From an uncultured delta proteobacterium (GTDB lineage: Bacteria > Desulfobacterota > Binatia > Binatales > Binataceae), in the NCBI GenBank assembly GCA_963794325.1, contig CAWCDG010000005.1, positions 320,001 through 384,000 on the forward strand: DNA of 64,000 nucleotides, in the 5' to 3' direction. Shown piece by piece: positions 1-10,443 of the stretch; the first letter of the stretch is position 1; the number at the start of each line of letters is the position of its first letter. The position numbers and the translations under genes are program-made. The notes below the pieces were generated by a model that was not told the DNA's origin, did not search any database, and saw only the letters and a program-made list of their open reading frames with translations.

Positions 1-720
1 GCCGTCGCACGCGGGATAGACGTTGGTCGGGCATGCACCCCAATGGCGATTCCCGAGCCGCTTGAACTTCATCCCTTGCAGCGCGGGCGCGACCGCACTG
101 GTCAATGCTGGAATCGCCACGTCGAGCATCGCGACCTCGACATGCTGCCCGCGCCCGGTTTTGCCGCGATGGATCAGCGCGGCCAGAATCCCGCTCACCA
201 GATGGCTGCCGGTGCCCATGTCGATAAAAGTGGCCGAGGTTTTCACCGGATGGTCAGGGAATCCAGTTACGCTGATGAAGCCCGACGACGCCTGGATCGT
301 GTTGTCCATCGAGCCGAGCTTCGCGTAGCGGCTGTCAGAGCCGTAGCCCTTGCCCGAGGCGTAGATCAGCCGCGGGAATCGCGCGGCGATCTGGTCGTAC
401 GCGAGGCCGAATGATTCCATCACGCCGTCGAGATAGTTCTCGACCAGCACGTCGGCGTCCTCGAGCAGCTTGAGCACGATTTCCTGCCCGCGGGGCCTCT
501 TCAGATTGATTGTGACCGAGCGCTTGTTCGCGTTGAGCATCAGGAACGAGTAGCCGGCGCCGCCGGGAGGCAGTTCCGGCCGCCGCAGAACTTCGCCGGT
601 AACGGGCGGCTCGATCTTGATTATATCGGCGCCCATCGCTGCGAGTTGCAGGGTGCAATACGGCGCCGCGTAAACCTGGCCCAGGTCGATCACGCGGATT
701 CCATCAAGCGGCAGACTCAT
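1..720 (-). CDS. CoA-transferase family III (CaiB/BaiF), 3' end outside window
   Basis: Read manually from ATG at 720: MSLPLDGIRVIDLGQVYAAPYCTLQLAAMGADIIKIEPP..., followed by NANKRSVTINLK and DVLVENY motifs. Follows the acyl-CoA dehydrogenase. Absent from the ORF track because it runs off the edge. Confidence 0.9.
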   Translation of the reverse strand, partial: MSLPLDGIRVIDLGQVYAAPYCTLQLAAMGADIIKIEPPVTGEVLRRPELPPGGAGYSFLMLNANKRSVTINLKRPRGQEIVLKLLEDADVLVENYLDGVMESFGLAYDQIAARFPRLIYASGKGYGSDSRYAKLGSMDNTIQASSGFISVTGFPDHPVKTSATFIDMGTGSHLVSGILAALIHRGKTGRGQHVEVAMLDVAIPALTSAVAPALQGMKFKRLGNRHWGACPTNVYPACDG

Positions 721-730
721 CGTGGGAACC

Positions 731-1894
731 TTATCGCAGGAGCGAGCGCGCGATCACCATCCGATGCACCTCGCTGGGGCCCTCGCCGATTCGGCGGATT
801 CGCGCCTCGCGATACCATCGCTCGATCGGAAACTCCTTGCTGACGCCGTATCCGCCATGTATCTGCACCGCGCGATCGATAACGCGGCCGAGCACCTCGC
901 TCGAATAGAGTTTCGCGATCGACGCCTCGGTGCGGAAGTCCTCGCCGCGGTCGGCCTTCCACGCGCCTTCCCACGTCAGCCATCGCGCCGCGCGCAGCTC
1001 GACTTCCGAATCCGCGAGCATCCACTGGATAGCCTGGCGCTTCGAGAGCAACTCGCCGAACGTGCTGCGCTGCTTGGCGTGATCGATAGCCATCCTGAGC
1101 GCCGCGACTCCCACACCGACGTTACACGCCGAGTACGGGAAGCGCAGGCGAGTAAGCAGATCGAGGCATAGGTTCAATCCTTCGCCCTCGGGCCCGAGGC
1201 GTTGCTCAATCGGCACCACGCAGTCCTCGAACTGAACTTCGTTGGGGAGCGCCGACGTGCGGAGTGTGCGGAATGGCCGCGCCGTGAATCCGGGCGTGCC
1301 CTTCTTGATTATGAAGCAGGTAATTCCCTTGCGGCCCGCCTTCGCGTCGGTGCGGGTGAAGACGACGCCCCACTCCGCCTCATGCGCATGCGAGATGAAA
1401 ATCTTGGTGCCGTTGATGACGTAGGTATCGCCCTGGCGGACCGCCTTGCACTGAATCGCACCGGCAGGATCGGATCCGCCCGACGGTTCCGTGATCGCGA
1501 AGAACGTATGCCACGCATTCTTGATCGTGCCGCCGGCGTAGGTGCGCTTCTGTTCCTCGGTGCCCGCGTAAATCACCGGTGGCGGCGTGCGCCCGAAGAC
1601 GCCACATCCGGGATTGTAGAGCCCCATGCGATGCTGCGCCATTTCTTCGGTCAGCACGCACATGTCGAAGGTGCCGAGGCCGCCGCCGCCGTACTCGCGC
1701 GGCGCGCCCATACACCACATGCCGGCGGCTTGCGCCTTGTGCGCGATTCGCCAGTAGTCGTCCTCGGGAATCTCGGCCGCGTCGGGATCGCATCGCGCTT
1801 CGATCGGAATAATTTCCTCGCGGATAATTTTGCCGACCTGGTCGCGAAGCTCGCGCAGTTCCGGCGACAGTGTGAATCCGTTGTCAGCGTCCAT
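731..1894 (-). CDS. Acyl-CoA dehydrogenase
   Basis: FAITEPSGGSD, INGTKIFIS, QIHGGYG and RIGEGPSEVHR motifs. Start placed at MDADNGF (1894), overlapping the upstream stop. Confidence 0.93.
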   Translation of the reverse strand: MDADNGFTLSPELRELRDQVGKIIREEIIPIEARCDPDAAEIPEDDYWRIAHKAQAAGMWCMGAPREYGGGGLGTFDMCVLTEEMAQHRMGLYNPGCGVFGRTPPPVIYAGTEEQKRTYAGGTIKNAWHTFFAITEPSGGSDPAGAIQCKAVRQGDTYVINGTKIFISHAHEAEWGVVFTRTDAKAGRKGITCFIIKKGTPGFTARPFRTLRTSALPNEVQFEDCVVPIEQRLGPEGEGLNLCLDLLTRLRFPYSACNVGVGVAALRMAIDHAKQRSTFGELLSKRQAIQWMLADSEVELRAARWLTWEGAWKADRGEDFRTEASIAKLYSSEVLGRVIDRAVQIHGGYGVSKEFPIERWYREARIRRIGEGPSEVHRMVIARSLLR

Positions 1895-3766
1895 CAGAAG
1901 AGTTCCTCCGCCGGTTTGCCGTCTCGATCGAGCCCGCGCTGCAGTGCGCGGATCCACATCTCGCGAATCCATTCGAGGTCGTATGAACCCCAGGTGCCTT
2001 TAATTTCCGGATCGATCGAGCGGATGTGCGCGATAGCGTCGGTGACTCGTGTGATCGCGGCTGCTCCCCAAATCTGGCGATGCACTCCGGTCTGCTGCAA
2101 CGCTCCCAGGTAGTCAGACAGACCGGCAAGTACGTCGCTGCTGTAGCGCCACAATTCCTTCTCGGCATCGGCAAGACGAGTGTCCGAGCTCGACGCAATC
2201 TGGTCGGCCGCGGCAATCGCCTCGTTGAAGGTCAGCGCCGCCTCCTGAAGCTCCTCGCGCTTGCGGACAGCTTTCTCGGGCGGCATCACCGGGCTCATCA
2301 CGTCCGCATAGTCGAGGCACAACTTCGACGCTCGTTCGACAGCGCGATAGGCCGCCGCCATCTCGGAAGCGCATCGCGGATGCCGGCCGCAAGCCGTCTC
2401 GACTGAAGTCGGCTGAGGATCGAAACCCGGATCTCGCGAGCCGCGCACGAATGCCTCGAGGTTCACCGGGTACGCCATCACGCTGTACGCGCCGAACGTC
2501 AGGCACGAAATGCTGGTAAGACCCAACTGTCGATAGGCGCGAAGGTCGCTGGCGACAATCGCGGGCGTCGCGAAACCCAAGCCGCCGAACAGGATCGCGT
2601 CGGCATAATACTCGAAGATGTGGCCGCGGCCGTTGAAAATGTCGATGTACCGTTTCAACGATTCGAGGTAGCGAGGATTGATCTCGCACGCCGGATCATC
2701 GATCGCGTGACTGTAGCATCGCTCGCGCGGAGCCCATTCGAACCACACGTTGTCGAGCGGCCTCAAGCCTGGCTGCGGATCGATCGTGTCGTGATAAGCG
2801 AGGTACGCGATCGGCGGCGCGTTGGAGTCGGCGCCCAATTCGCTCGCGATCGCATTCACGACCTTCATGTATTGGAGCTGCGGCGGGAGCCCGCGGCACT
2901 GACCGCATCGACACCATGCGCCACGACGCACGTCCGCGCCCCAGATGTGCAGCAGCTCGTTCTCGGGATGATCGCGAACGTAGGCGAGCGCGCTCGCGCG
3001 GACTAGAGCGACGGCGTCGGGATTGGAGACGCAGAGATTGCCGACCGCACTTCGAACGCCGTCGTCGCCTGCTGGAAAATATTCGGGGTGATCGGCGAAG
3101 CGATCGCGCGGCAGCAGGAGTTGCAGGACGTGGCCGCCATACTCGACGCCAATTCCGTGCTCGCGCAGCAGCGGCGCGATTTCGTCGATCTTGAGCTTCG
3201 TGTCATGCGCATGGCGGATGTAGGAGAACGCGTTGATGCCTCGACGCGCCATCCATGGGATAAATTCGCGGTCGTGGCGCAGGTGCAAGTCGAGTCGGTC
3301 GGGGACGCTGTAGTTCCAGGTCATGATGTCGGAGATGAATGCGCGGCGCTTGAAGGCTGGCGTGACGCGCCACGGTTCGAGCGTCGCGAGGCGGCCGGCG
3401 TCGATGCGCGGATACGACGGCGCCGACGCCCGGTGAAAATCGCGCGCCGAGCTTTTCAAGCAGATTCGACTCAGCGTGGATCAACCCGCGCTCGGTACCC
3501 GAGCGAATTATTGTCGATTCGGCGGCGCGCGAGATGTCGAAGCTGTCACCTTCGAGTTCGATTGCGGGTGCGGGACCGGAAGCTATCGAGCTGCCGAGAT
3601 CGATTCTGATTTCGGTCGGCGTCAGCGATGCGTCGGGGGTCGAGGCGACTTCGGCTCCGAGCATCGACGAGAGTCCGCTCGACAAGTCGCGAGACGCGAG
3701 CGTCGCGACTTCGCCGGCGCTGGCGCTGAAGCGAATTCGGGGTGCGGCAGAGCCTTCTTTGGTCAT
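1894..3766 (-). CDS. DUF4838-like protein with glycoside-hydrolase-like N-terminal domain; frameshift near 3420
   Basis: ORF 3203..3766 (..ERGLIHAESNLLEKLGARF..) continues in ORF 1894..3459 (HPEYF, NLCVSNP, WCRCGQC, YLAYHDT, FEYY). Joined span is 3n+1. Confidence 0.65.
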
Positions 3767-3783
3767 TATACAGAACTCGCGAT

Positions 3784-3852
3784 GCGTTCGGGCCGTCGTT
3801 TTTCCGTCGGTTCGGGAATGATAACATGAGCGTCACGCTTTGGTAGCGCAGC
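3784..3852 (+). repeat. 69-bp direct repeat, copy 1
   Basis: gcgttcgggccgtcgtttttccgtcggttcgggaatgataacatgagcgtcacgctttggtagcgcagc; 67/69 identical to 6552..6620. Confidence 0.95.
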
Positions 3853-3865
3853 CGTCGCAACAGAA

Positions 3866-4546
3866 TCAAACTCCGCGGTGTCTTGTTGCCGATGTGGTCT
3901 TCACGCCACGACGCGCACGCGAGGCTCGCGCGCTTGTGCGTTTCGTCGGGCTGCATCCTTCAAGAAAGACATCCATGGCGTTCATGAAACGCTTTTCAAG
4001 TGAATCGGACCTATCGCCCCACCATCCGCTGGCCCAGTTACCGGCAATGAGTATGAAAATCCCTTCCATCATTTCCGCGAGATCCAGCGCCTTACGATCG
4101 GCGCGGATTTCGCCGCGCTTTTGACCTTCAACGAAGAGTCGTTCGTATTGCTTGTAGAGTTGGCGAGATCTGTCGGCCAGAACGCCCTTCACGTCGGTCA
4201 TCATCCTCGATTGCTTTGCAACGAGCACATGAAACTCAGGGTCTGAGTCCCACGACGTCGACCATTGGCGCATCAAGCTGCGAATCCGGTCGGGCACGCC
4301 GCAATCGTGGCGCTCGAGTTCGCGTTTCACTGACGCGATTGAGAATTCGAGCATCTCCACCGCAAAGGCCATTATCAGAGCATCTTTGGTGGGAAAGTAG
4401 TTGAAGAAAGTGACTTCGCTGATGCGCAGCCGCTCGACGATGTCGCGGACGCGGGTCTCCTCGTAACCTCGTTTTCGAAACAGCGCAGCCGCCGTATTCA
4501 GAATCGCGCGGCGCTGCTCGGCTTTCTTTTCCTCGCGCAAGCCCAT
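3866..4546 (-). CDS. TetR/AcrR family transcriptional regulator
   Basis: LREEKKAEQRRAILNTAAALFRKRGYEETRVRDIVERLRISEVTFFNYFPTKDAL is a typical TetR HTH. Alternative start at 4657. Confidence 0.92.
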   Translation of the reverse strand: MGLREEKKAEQRRAILNTAAALFRKRGYEETRVRDIVERLRISEVTFFNYFPTKDALIMAFAVEMLEFSIASVKRELERHDCGVPDRIRSLMRQWSTSWDSDPEFHVLVAKQSRMMTDVKGVLADRSRQLYKQYERLFVEGQKRGEIRADRKALDLAEMMEGIFILIAGNWASGWWGDRSDSLEKRFMNAMDVFLEGCSPTKRTSARASRARRGVKTTSATRHRGV

Positions 4547-4639
4547 CGCCCGATCAATTACACATCGAGAGCCGCGAAGGGAACTTAAGACTGAGACGCT
4601 GCTCTTGCCGACGGCGCGGCCCGCAGCGATCCCGCTGCG

Positions 4640-6541
4640 TTGACTTTGGTTCACCATATATATTTAGTTCACTTCACTATTATGCAAAAGTCGATGGAAC
4701 GCCCGGATAGAGTTTCAACTGGTCAAGCCGCAGAGGCGCTGCAGCCCGAGGCGGGGCGCTCGAAGCCCGCGCGTATGCGCGCTCGCGTCGCAGCCGGCAT
4801 CAGGACGGCGCTCGCCGACCGCCGGATGCCGCTGGTAGCTGCGTTCCTCGCCGCCGTTGGGATGCTGCCGGCGCTGAGCGGCGGCTGGCAGATGGATGAT
4901 TATTTTCAGCGCGTCACGCTCCTCGGTTTGGGCGATTCCAAACCGATCAATACCTTCATCCAATACATCGATCGCGCACACAACCTGCGCCAGATGAATT
5001 ACGGCACGATGCCCTGGTGGGGCTCGCCGGACTTGCATCAGGCGTTTCTGCGCTACGCGAGCACCCTTGCGATGATGCTCGATTATCGCCTTTGGCCGAA
5101 CAATCCCGCCCTGATGCACCTGCACAGTCTGCTCTGGCTTGCAGCGGCGGTTCTGGTGGCCGCGCTTCTCTATCGCGAGGTGATGGGCGCGACGTGGGTC
5201 GCTGGACTGGCGGCCCTGATGTACGCGATCGATGGCGCGCATGCGTTGCCGGCCGCATACCTGGCCAACCGCAATGCTTTGATTGCCTGCTGCTTCGGAT
5301 TCCTGAGCGTGCTGGCATTCGTTCGCTGGCGTCGGCGCGGGCGTTCGATAAATCGATGGCTGAGCGTGTTGATGCTGGGGTTGGCGCTATCCGCGGGCGA
5401 GATGGGGTTGGCGACAGTGGCGTACCTGTTTTCCTACGCGATGATTGTTGACGCGGACGAATTTCGAGCGCGGCTCACGCGGCTCCTGCCTCATGGCGCA
5501 GTGCTGGCGGCGTGGGCTTTGATCTACAAGCTTGGCAATTTCGGTTCGCACGGCTCGGGCTTTTACCTGGACCCGGCGCGCGATCCGCTCGGCTTCGCCG
5601 CTTCGTTTTGCCAGCGCGCGGCGTTCCTGATGATGGGACAGTGGTCGCCGCTCCCGGCCGAGATGAGTATGGCCAACGCGCCCGGCTCCTCGGCGTTCTT
5701 CCATCTGAGCGTCTTCAGCTGCGTGGTCGCCGCGATCGTGGTGGTGCTCTTTATCCCGCTAGTCCTGCGCGATCGGGTGGCGCGGTTCTGGGGCCTTGGT
5801 ATGCTGCTTTCGTTGATCCCGATTGGCGCGGTGGGTCCGGAGAATCGTTTGCTCGGCTTCGTCGGCCTGGGCTCGATGGCGCTGCTCGCTCAAATGACGC
5901 AGGCCCTTTGCGCAGGCACTTTCGCCGCGTCGCGTGTCTGGAAGGGATTTGCGTGGGCTGCGACTCTGCTCCTCCTCCTGGTACATCTGGTCGCCGCGCC
6001 GTTACTCGGGATCGTTCGGCTCGACTACCAGGCCGACGCCAGCGCCCGGATGACGCGTGCGATGGCGAGCGTTCCAACTGATCCGCGAATCGCCTCCCAG
6101 GACCTGGTGTTGATTAACCCGCCCGACCAGATCTACCTCGTCGGCGCGATTTGGGCCGTGAACCTGCTCGAGCACCGGCCGAAGCCGCGGCACATACGCG
6201 CGCTCTCCACCGGAGGCGATCTTGAGGTCACGCGCGTCGGGCCTCGCTCGCTACAAATACGTTTTCCCGGTGGATTCTTTCCGACCGCATTCAGTCGTTT
6301 TGTGCGCAGTCCAGATGAGCGCTTTTCGCCTGGACAGCATTTCGATCTGCCGGGTCTCTCGGTCACGGTCGAGTCTCTTGACGCGCAAGGTGACCCCGAT
6401 CAGGTGCTGTACGCGTTCCCGGTACCGCTCGAAGATCCTTCGTTGCGCTGGATGAGCTGGCACGATGGCGTATATGTCCCGTGGAGCCCGCCAGCGCTCG
6501 GCCAGACCGAGAAGCTGCCTGCCATGCGTGGAATCTTTTAG
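4640..6541 (+). CDS. Multi-pass membrane protein, probable GT-C fold glycosyltransferase
   Basis: Many hydrophobic helices, a DD motif in the first loop (WQMDDY) as in PMT/TMTC-like enzymes, and a soluble C-terminal domain. Start uncertain (4682-4786). Confidence 0.55.
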   Translation: MTLVHHIYLVHFTIMQKSMERPDRVSTGQAAEALQPEAGRSKPARMRARVAAGIRTALADRRMPLVAAFLAAVGMLPALSGGWQMDDYFQRVTLLGLGDSKPINTFIQYIDRAHNLRQMNYGTMPWWGSPDLHQAFLRYASTLAMMLDYRLWPNNPALMHLHSLLWLAAAVLVAALLYREVMGATWVAGLAALMYAIDGAHALPAAYLANRNALIACCFGFLSVLAFVRWRRRGRSINRWLSVLMLGLALSAGEMGLATVAYLFSYAMIVDADEFRARLTRLLPHGAVLAAWALIYKLGNFGSHGSGFYLDPARDPLGFAASFCQRAAFLMMGQWSPLPAEMSMANAPGSSAFFHLSVFSCVVAAIVVVLFIPLVLRDRVARFWGLGMLLSLIPIGAVGPENRLLGFVGLGSMALLAQMTQALCAGTFAASRVWKGFAWAATLLLLLVHLVAAPLLGIVRLDYQADASARMTRAMASVPTDPRIASQDLVLINPPDQIYLVGAIWAVNLLEHRPKPRHIRALSTGGDLEVTRVGPRSLQIRFPGGFFPTAFSRFVRSPDERFSPGQHFDLPGLSVTVESLDAQGDPDQVLYAFPVPLEDPSLRWMSWHDGVYVPWSPPALGQTEKLPAMRGIF

Positions 6542-6551
6542 CCGGGTTCGC

Positions 6552-6620
6552 GCGTTCGGGCCGTCGTTTTTCCGGCGGTTCGGGAATGATAACATGAGCG
6601 TCGCGCTTTGGTAGCGCAGC
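6552..6620 (+). repeat. 69-bp direct repeat, copy 2 (upstream of mrp; contains TGaTAACAT extended -10-like motif)
   Basis: Matches 3784..3852 with 2 mismatches. Confidence 0.95.
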
Positions 6621-6660
6621 TTCATCTGAATCGACACCATCGACAGGTCCGACTGCCACA

Positions 6661-7728
6661 ATGCCGAGCCCTAATGAAATTCTCGCCGAACTCAAGAAAG
6701 TAAAATACCCCGGCTTCAGCCGCGACATCGTATCGTTCGGGATCATCAAGGATATCGAAGTCGCATACGCGGGCGTGACCGTTTCGCTCACGATGGCGTC
6801 GGCGAAACCCGAAGTCGTCGAGAAAATTGTGGCCGAGGTGAAGGCTACGGTCGCGGCGATGCCGGGCGTGCCCGCCGTCAACGTGCAAATCGAGCAGCCG
6901 GCGCAGACCGCGCCCAAGGCGGCAGCAGGCGTCGCGCAGCCGCGATCGATTGCGGGCGTAAAGCATATCGTCGCGGTTGCGAGCGGCAAGGGCGGCGTCG
7001 GCAAATCCACCGTCGCGGTGAATCTTGCGCTCGCGATGCACGCGCTCGGATGGCGAGTCGGCCTGATGGACGCCGACGTATACGGGCCGAGCGTCGCGAT
7101 GATGGTCGGAGTCGAGAAGGCGCCGACGCTCACGAAGGAGCGGCGCATCATTCCACTGGAGCGCTATGGCATCCGCTACATTTCGATGGCGCTGTTCATC
7201 AACGACGAGACCGCGGTCATCTGGCGCGGGCCGATGGTCACCAAGCTGGAGACGGAATTTCTGTTCAACGTCGAGTGGGGCGAATTGGATTGCCTGGTGC
7301 TCGACTTGCCGCCCGGCACTGGTGACGCGCAACTGACAATCACACAGCGGGTGGCGCTCGACGGCGGGGTGATCGTCACGACGCCGCAAGAGATCGCGCT
7401 GCTCGACGTCAAGCGAGGCGTCGCGATGTTCGAGGAAGTTCACGTACCGGTGCTCGGCGTGGTCGAGAACATGAGCTATTACCTGTGCCGCAAGTGTAAC
7501 CATCGCCACGAGATTTTCGCGCATGGGGGTGGCGCGCGGCTGGCGGAGTCGCTCAACGTGCCGTTCCTGGGTGAGCTGCCGCTGGTTCGCGAGCTGCGCG
7601 AGGGCGGAGACAACGCGAGTCCGATCGTCGCGTCGAATCCGGCGCATCCGGTGAGCGCGGCATTCAAGTCGATTGCGTCGAAAGTGATCGAAGGACTCGA
7701 TCGAACCGAAGCGCAGCGCGCCTCTTAG
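6661..7728 (+). CDS. apbC: Mrp/NBP35 Fe-S cluster carrier ATPase with N-terminal DUF59
   Basis: SGKGGVGKST, DADVYGPS, VIWRGPM, DLPPGTGD, ENMS and CxxC motifs. Confidence 0.95.
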   Translation: MPSPNEILAELKKVKYPGFSRDIVSFGIIKDIEVAYAGVTVSLTMASAKPEVVEKIVAEVKATVAAMPGVPAVNVQIEQPAQTAPKAAAGVAQPRSIAGVKHIVAVASGKGGVGKSTVAVNLALAMHALGWRVGLMDADVYGPSVAMMVGVEKAPTLTKERRIIPLERYGIRYISMALFINDETAVIWRGPMVTKLETEFLFNVEWGELDCLVLDLPPGTGDAQLTITQRVALDGGVIVTTPQEIALLDVKRGVAMFEEVHVPVLGVVENMSYYLCRKCNHRHEIFAHGGGARLAESLNVPFLGELPLVRELREGGDNASPIVASNPAHPVSAAFKSIASKVIEGLDRTEAQRAS

Positions 7729-7739
7729 CTTTTCACTGA

Positions 7740-8504
7740 ATGTCAGAGCGGCCAAAGATTTCGCTGATTACGATTACGCGCGACGAAGAAGCGCTGATCG
7801 GAGAGTGCATCAAGAGCGCGTGGTTCTGCGACGAGAAAATAATCATCGACTCGTTCTCGACCGACAAGACCGTCGAGATTGCGCGCGCACTTTGCGCCGA
7901 CGTGGTCCAGCATGAGTTCACCAACTACGTGATGCAGAAGCAGATGGCGCTCGATCGCGCGACCGGCGAATGGGTGCTGCTGATGGATGCGGACGAGCAG
8001 GCGACGCATGATCTCGGCGAGGAAATCCTGCGCGCGGTGTCGTCGCCGTCGGCGGCTGACGGCTACCGGATTCGGCGCATCCTCTATCACCTCGGGCACT
8101 ACTACTCGCACGCGATCTATCCCGACACGCCGGTGCGCCTGTTCCGTCGCGACAAAGGCCATATCGGCGGCCGCGATCCGCATGACAAAGTTGTCGTTGA
8201 CGGACGCGTCGAGCGGCTCGATAAGCCGATTCTGCATTTCAGCTATCGCGACATCTCGGATCACGTCGCTACGATCAATCGGTTCAGCTCGCGCGCGGCG
8301 ATGGAGCAGGAGCCGAACGCGTTCACGCCGTTCAAGATGATCGCGAACCCGGCGTGGCGCTTTTTCAACTTCTATGTAATCCGCGGCGGCTTCCGCGACG
8401 GCGGACGCGGATTGTACGCGGCAATGACGGCGGCGTTCTACGTGTTCCTGAAATACGCGAAGCTCTACGAGCGGCGGCTGAAATCGCGGACCGGGGAAGG
8501 GTAG
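7740..8504 (+). CDS. Glycosyltransferase family 2 (WaaE/KdtX-like)
   Basis: IIDSFSTDKT, WVLLMDADE (DxD) and RLFRR motifs; C-terminal GGFRDGGRG. Confidence 0.88.
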   Translation: MSERPKISLITITRDEEALIGECIKSAWFCDEKIIIDSFSTDKTVEIARALCADVVQHEFTNYVMQKQMALDRATGEWVLLMDADEQATHDLGEEILRAVSSPSAADGYRIRRILYHLGHYYSHAIYPDTPVRLFRRDKGHIGGRDPHDKVVVDGRVERLDKPILHFSYRDISDHVATINRFSSRAAMEQEPNAFTPFKMIANPAWRFFNFYVIRGGFRDGGRGLYAAMTAAFYVFLKYAKLYERRLKSRTGEG

Positions 8505-8613
8505 ATCACTTCATTTAAAGTGAAACCCTTCGCGGGTTTCACGCTTCCGCGGCAGGGGTGACCCCTGCACCCAGTAGTATCGCGCCGCAGACCTGATAAT
8601 TTAGCGACTGCCC

Positions 8614-10440
8614 ATGAGACGACTGTTCTTCTACGTACGCCGGTATTGGACCTGGTACGGACTCGGAATGCTCTGCACGCTGGTCGCGTCGGCCTGCGGG
8701 ATGACGGTCGCATACCTGAGCGGCGCCGCAATCAGCGCTGTGCAGGCGCATCACGCGCAAACCTTCACTCCGCTGGCGAAGCTCGGGCTGCCGGCGCAGG
8801 AGTCGCTCGACCGAATCGTGTTGATGCTGTGCGGCGCAGCGCTCCTTGGCGGCATCGCGAGATGGCTTTCGCGCATGACTATTTTCAACACGGGTCGCGA
8901 CATCGAGTACGATCTGCGCAACGACCTGTTCGTACACCTGACCCATCTCGGTGCCGATTTTTACGACAAGCATAAAGTCGGCGACCTGATGTCCCGCCTG
9001 GTCAACGACCTTACCGCGGTGCGGATGATGGTCGGGATGGGCGTGGTGACGTTTGCCGACGCTCCCGCGACCGTGACGTTCGCGCTCATCTTCATGCTGA
9101 GCGCCAACGTAAAGCTGACCATCGTTGTGATCGTGCCTTACGTGTTGCTGATGATTGGAATGAAGCAACTGTCGCGATCTCTGATGGTGCGCAATCTGCG
9201 CGTGCAGGAGGGGCTCGGCGGAATTGAATCCAAGGTCCAGGAAAGCCTGGCCGGGATTCACGTCGTGAAGGCCTATGCGCTCGAAGATCACGAGTCGGCG
9301 CTGTTCCGCAAAGCCAACGACGACTACAACGAACTGGGCCTGGCGCTCGCGCGGCTCCGCGGCGCGATGTTCCCCATAATTCGCGGTACCTCAACTGTCG
9401 CGGTGATGGTCCTGCTGATTTACGGCGGCTCGATGGTCACGCGCGAGAAGCTGCAAGTCGGCGACCTCGTCGCCTTCATGGGCTATCTGTCGAGGATGGC
9501 ATGGCCAGTCACCTCGATGGGCTACATGATTTCGGTGTATCAACGCGCGAAGGCTGCGATGAAACGTCTCAACGAAATTTTCGCAGCGCCGCCGCAGGCC
9601 GGCGAGCTCGAAGACAGCGGCGTCCGGCTCGACGTGAAGGGCGCGATCGAATGGGACCACGTGTCGTTCAGCTATTTCTTGCGCGACGGCGTGGCGGGCG
9701 CGGTCGCGGAATCGAACGGGAGCCAGGGCAACGGTCATTACCGCTACGCATTGAAGGACGTGACGGTGCGCGTGCCGGCCGGCGGCAAACTTGCGATCGT
9801 CGGGCGCACCGGTTCGGGAAAATCCACGATGGTGAAGCTGCTGACTCGCCTGATCGAGCCGACCGACGGGCGGGTACTGCTCGACGGCAAGGATATTCGC
9901 GACCTGCCGCTGCACTCGCTGCGCAAGACGCTGGGTGTGGTGCCGCAGGAGCCGATCCTGTTTTCCGACACGCTCGCGCGCAACATCGCGTTTGGACGGC
10001 CGGACGCCACTCTGGCTGAAATCGAAAACGCCGCAGGCGTCGCCGGTCTCGAATCAGACATCGCGGTGTTGCCGCATGGTCTGGACACAATCGTCGGCGA
10101 ACGCGGAATGTCGCTGTCGGGCGGGCAGAAGCAGCGCGCAACGATCGCGCGCCTGCTGACATATCGGCCCGGAGTCGTGGTGCTGGACGACGCGCTGTCG
10201 AGCGTCGATACGGAAACTGAAAAATCGATCCTCGACGGCCTGGAAGCGTCGGTCAGCGGCCGCACCGCGATAGTGGTGTCGCATCGCGCGTCCACGGTGC
10301 GCGACGCCGATGAGATCGTGGTGCTCGAAGACGGTCAGATCGCCGAGCGCGGAACGCACGAGCAACTGATGGCGCGGCACGGAATTTACGCCGAACTGTT
10401 CCATCGCCAACTGATGGAAGAGGAGCTGGCCCGGTACTAG
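8614..10440 (+). CDS. ABC exporter permease/ATPase half transporter (MdlA-like)
   Basis: TM domain plus Walker A GRTGSGKS, LSGGQ and degenerate Walker B VVVLDD. Confidence 0.93.
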   Translation: MRRLFFYVRRYWTWYGLGMLCTLVASACGMTVAYLSGAAISAVQAHHAQTFTPLAKLGLPAQESLDRIVLMLCGAALLGGIARWLSRMTIFNTGRDIEYDLRNDLFVHLTHLGADFYDKHKVGDLMSRLVNDLTAVRMMVGMGVVTFADAPATVTFALIFMLSANVKLTIVVIVPYVLLMIGMKQLSRSLMVRNLRVQEGLGGIESKVQESLAGIHVVKAYALEDHESALFRKANDDYNELGLALARLRGAMFPIIRGTSTVAVMVLLIYGGSMVTREKLQVGDLVAFMGYLSRMAWPVTSMGYMISVYQRAKAAMKRLNEIFAAPPQAGELEDSGVRLDVKGAIEWDHVSFSYFLRDGVAGAVAESNGSQGNGHYRYALKDVTVRVPAGGKLAIVGRTGSGKSTMVKLLTRLIEPTDGRVLLDGKDIRDLPLHSLRKTLGVVPQEPILFSDTLARNIAFGRPDATLAEIENAAGVAGLESDIAVLPHGLDTIVGERGMSLSGGQKQRATIARLLTYRPGVVVLDDALSSVDTETEKSILDGLEASVSGRTAIVVSHRASTVRDADEIVVLEDGQIAERGTHEQLMARHGIYAELFHRQLMEEELARY

Positions 10441-10443
10441 GCG

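Noticed and set aside
722-2113. Long plus-strand ORFs opposite the acyl-CoA dehydrogenase (similar ones at 6622..7755, 18316..19287, 23425..24504, 60488..61564)
   Set aside because: Antisense shadow ORFs typical of high-GC coding DNA; the opposite strand carries the recognisable protein.
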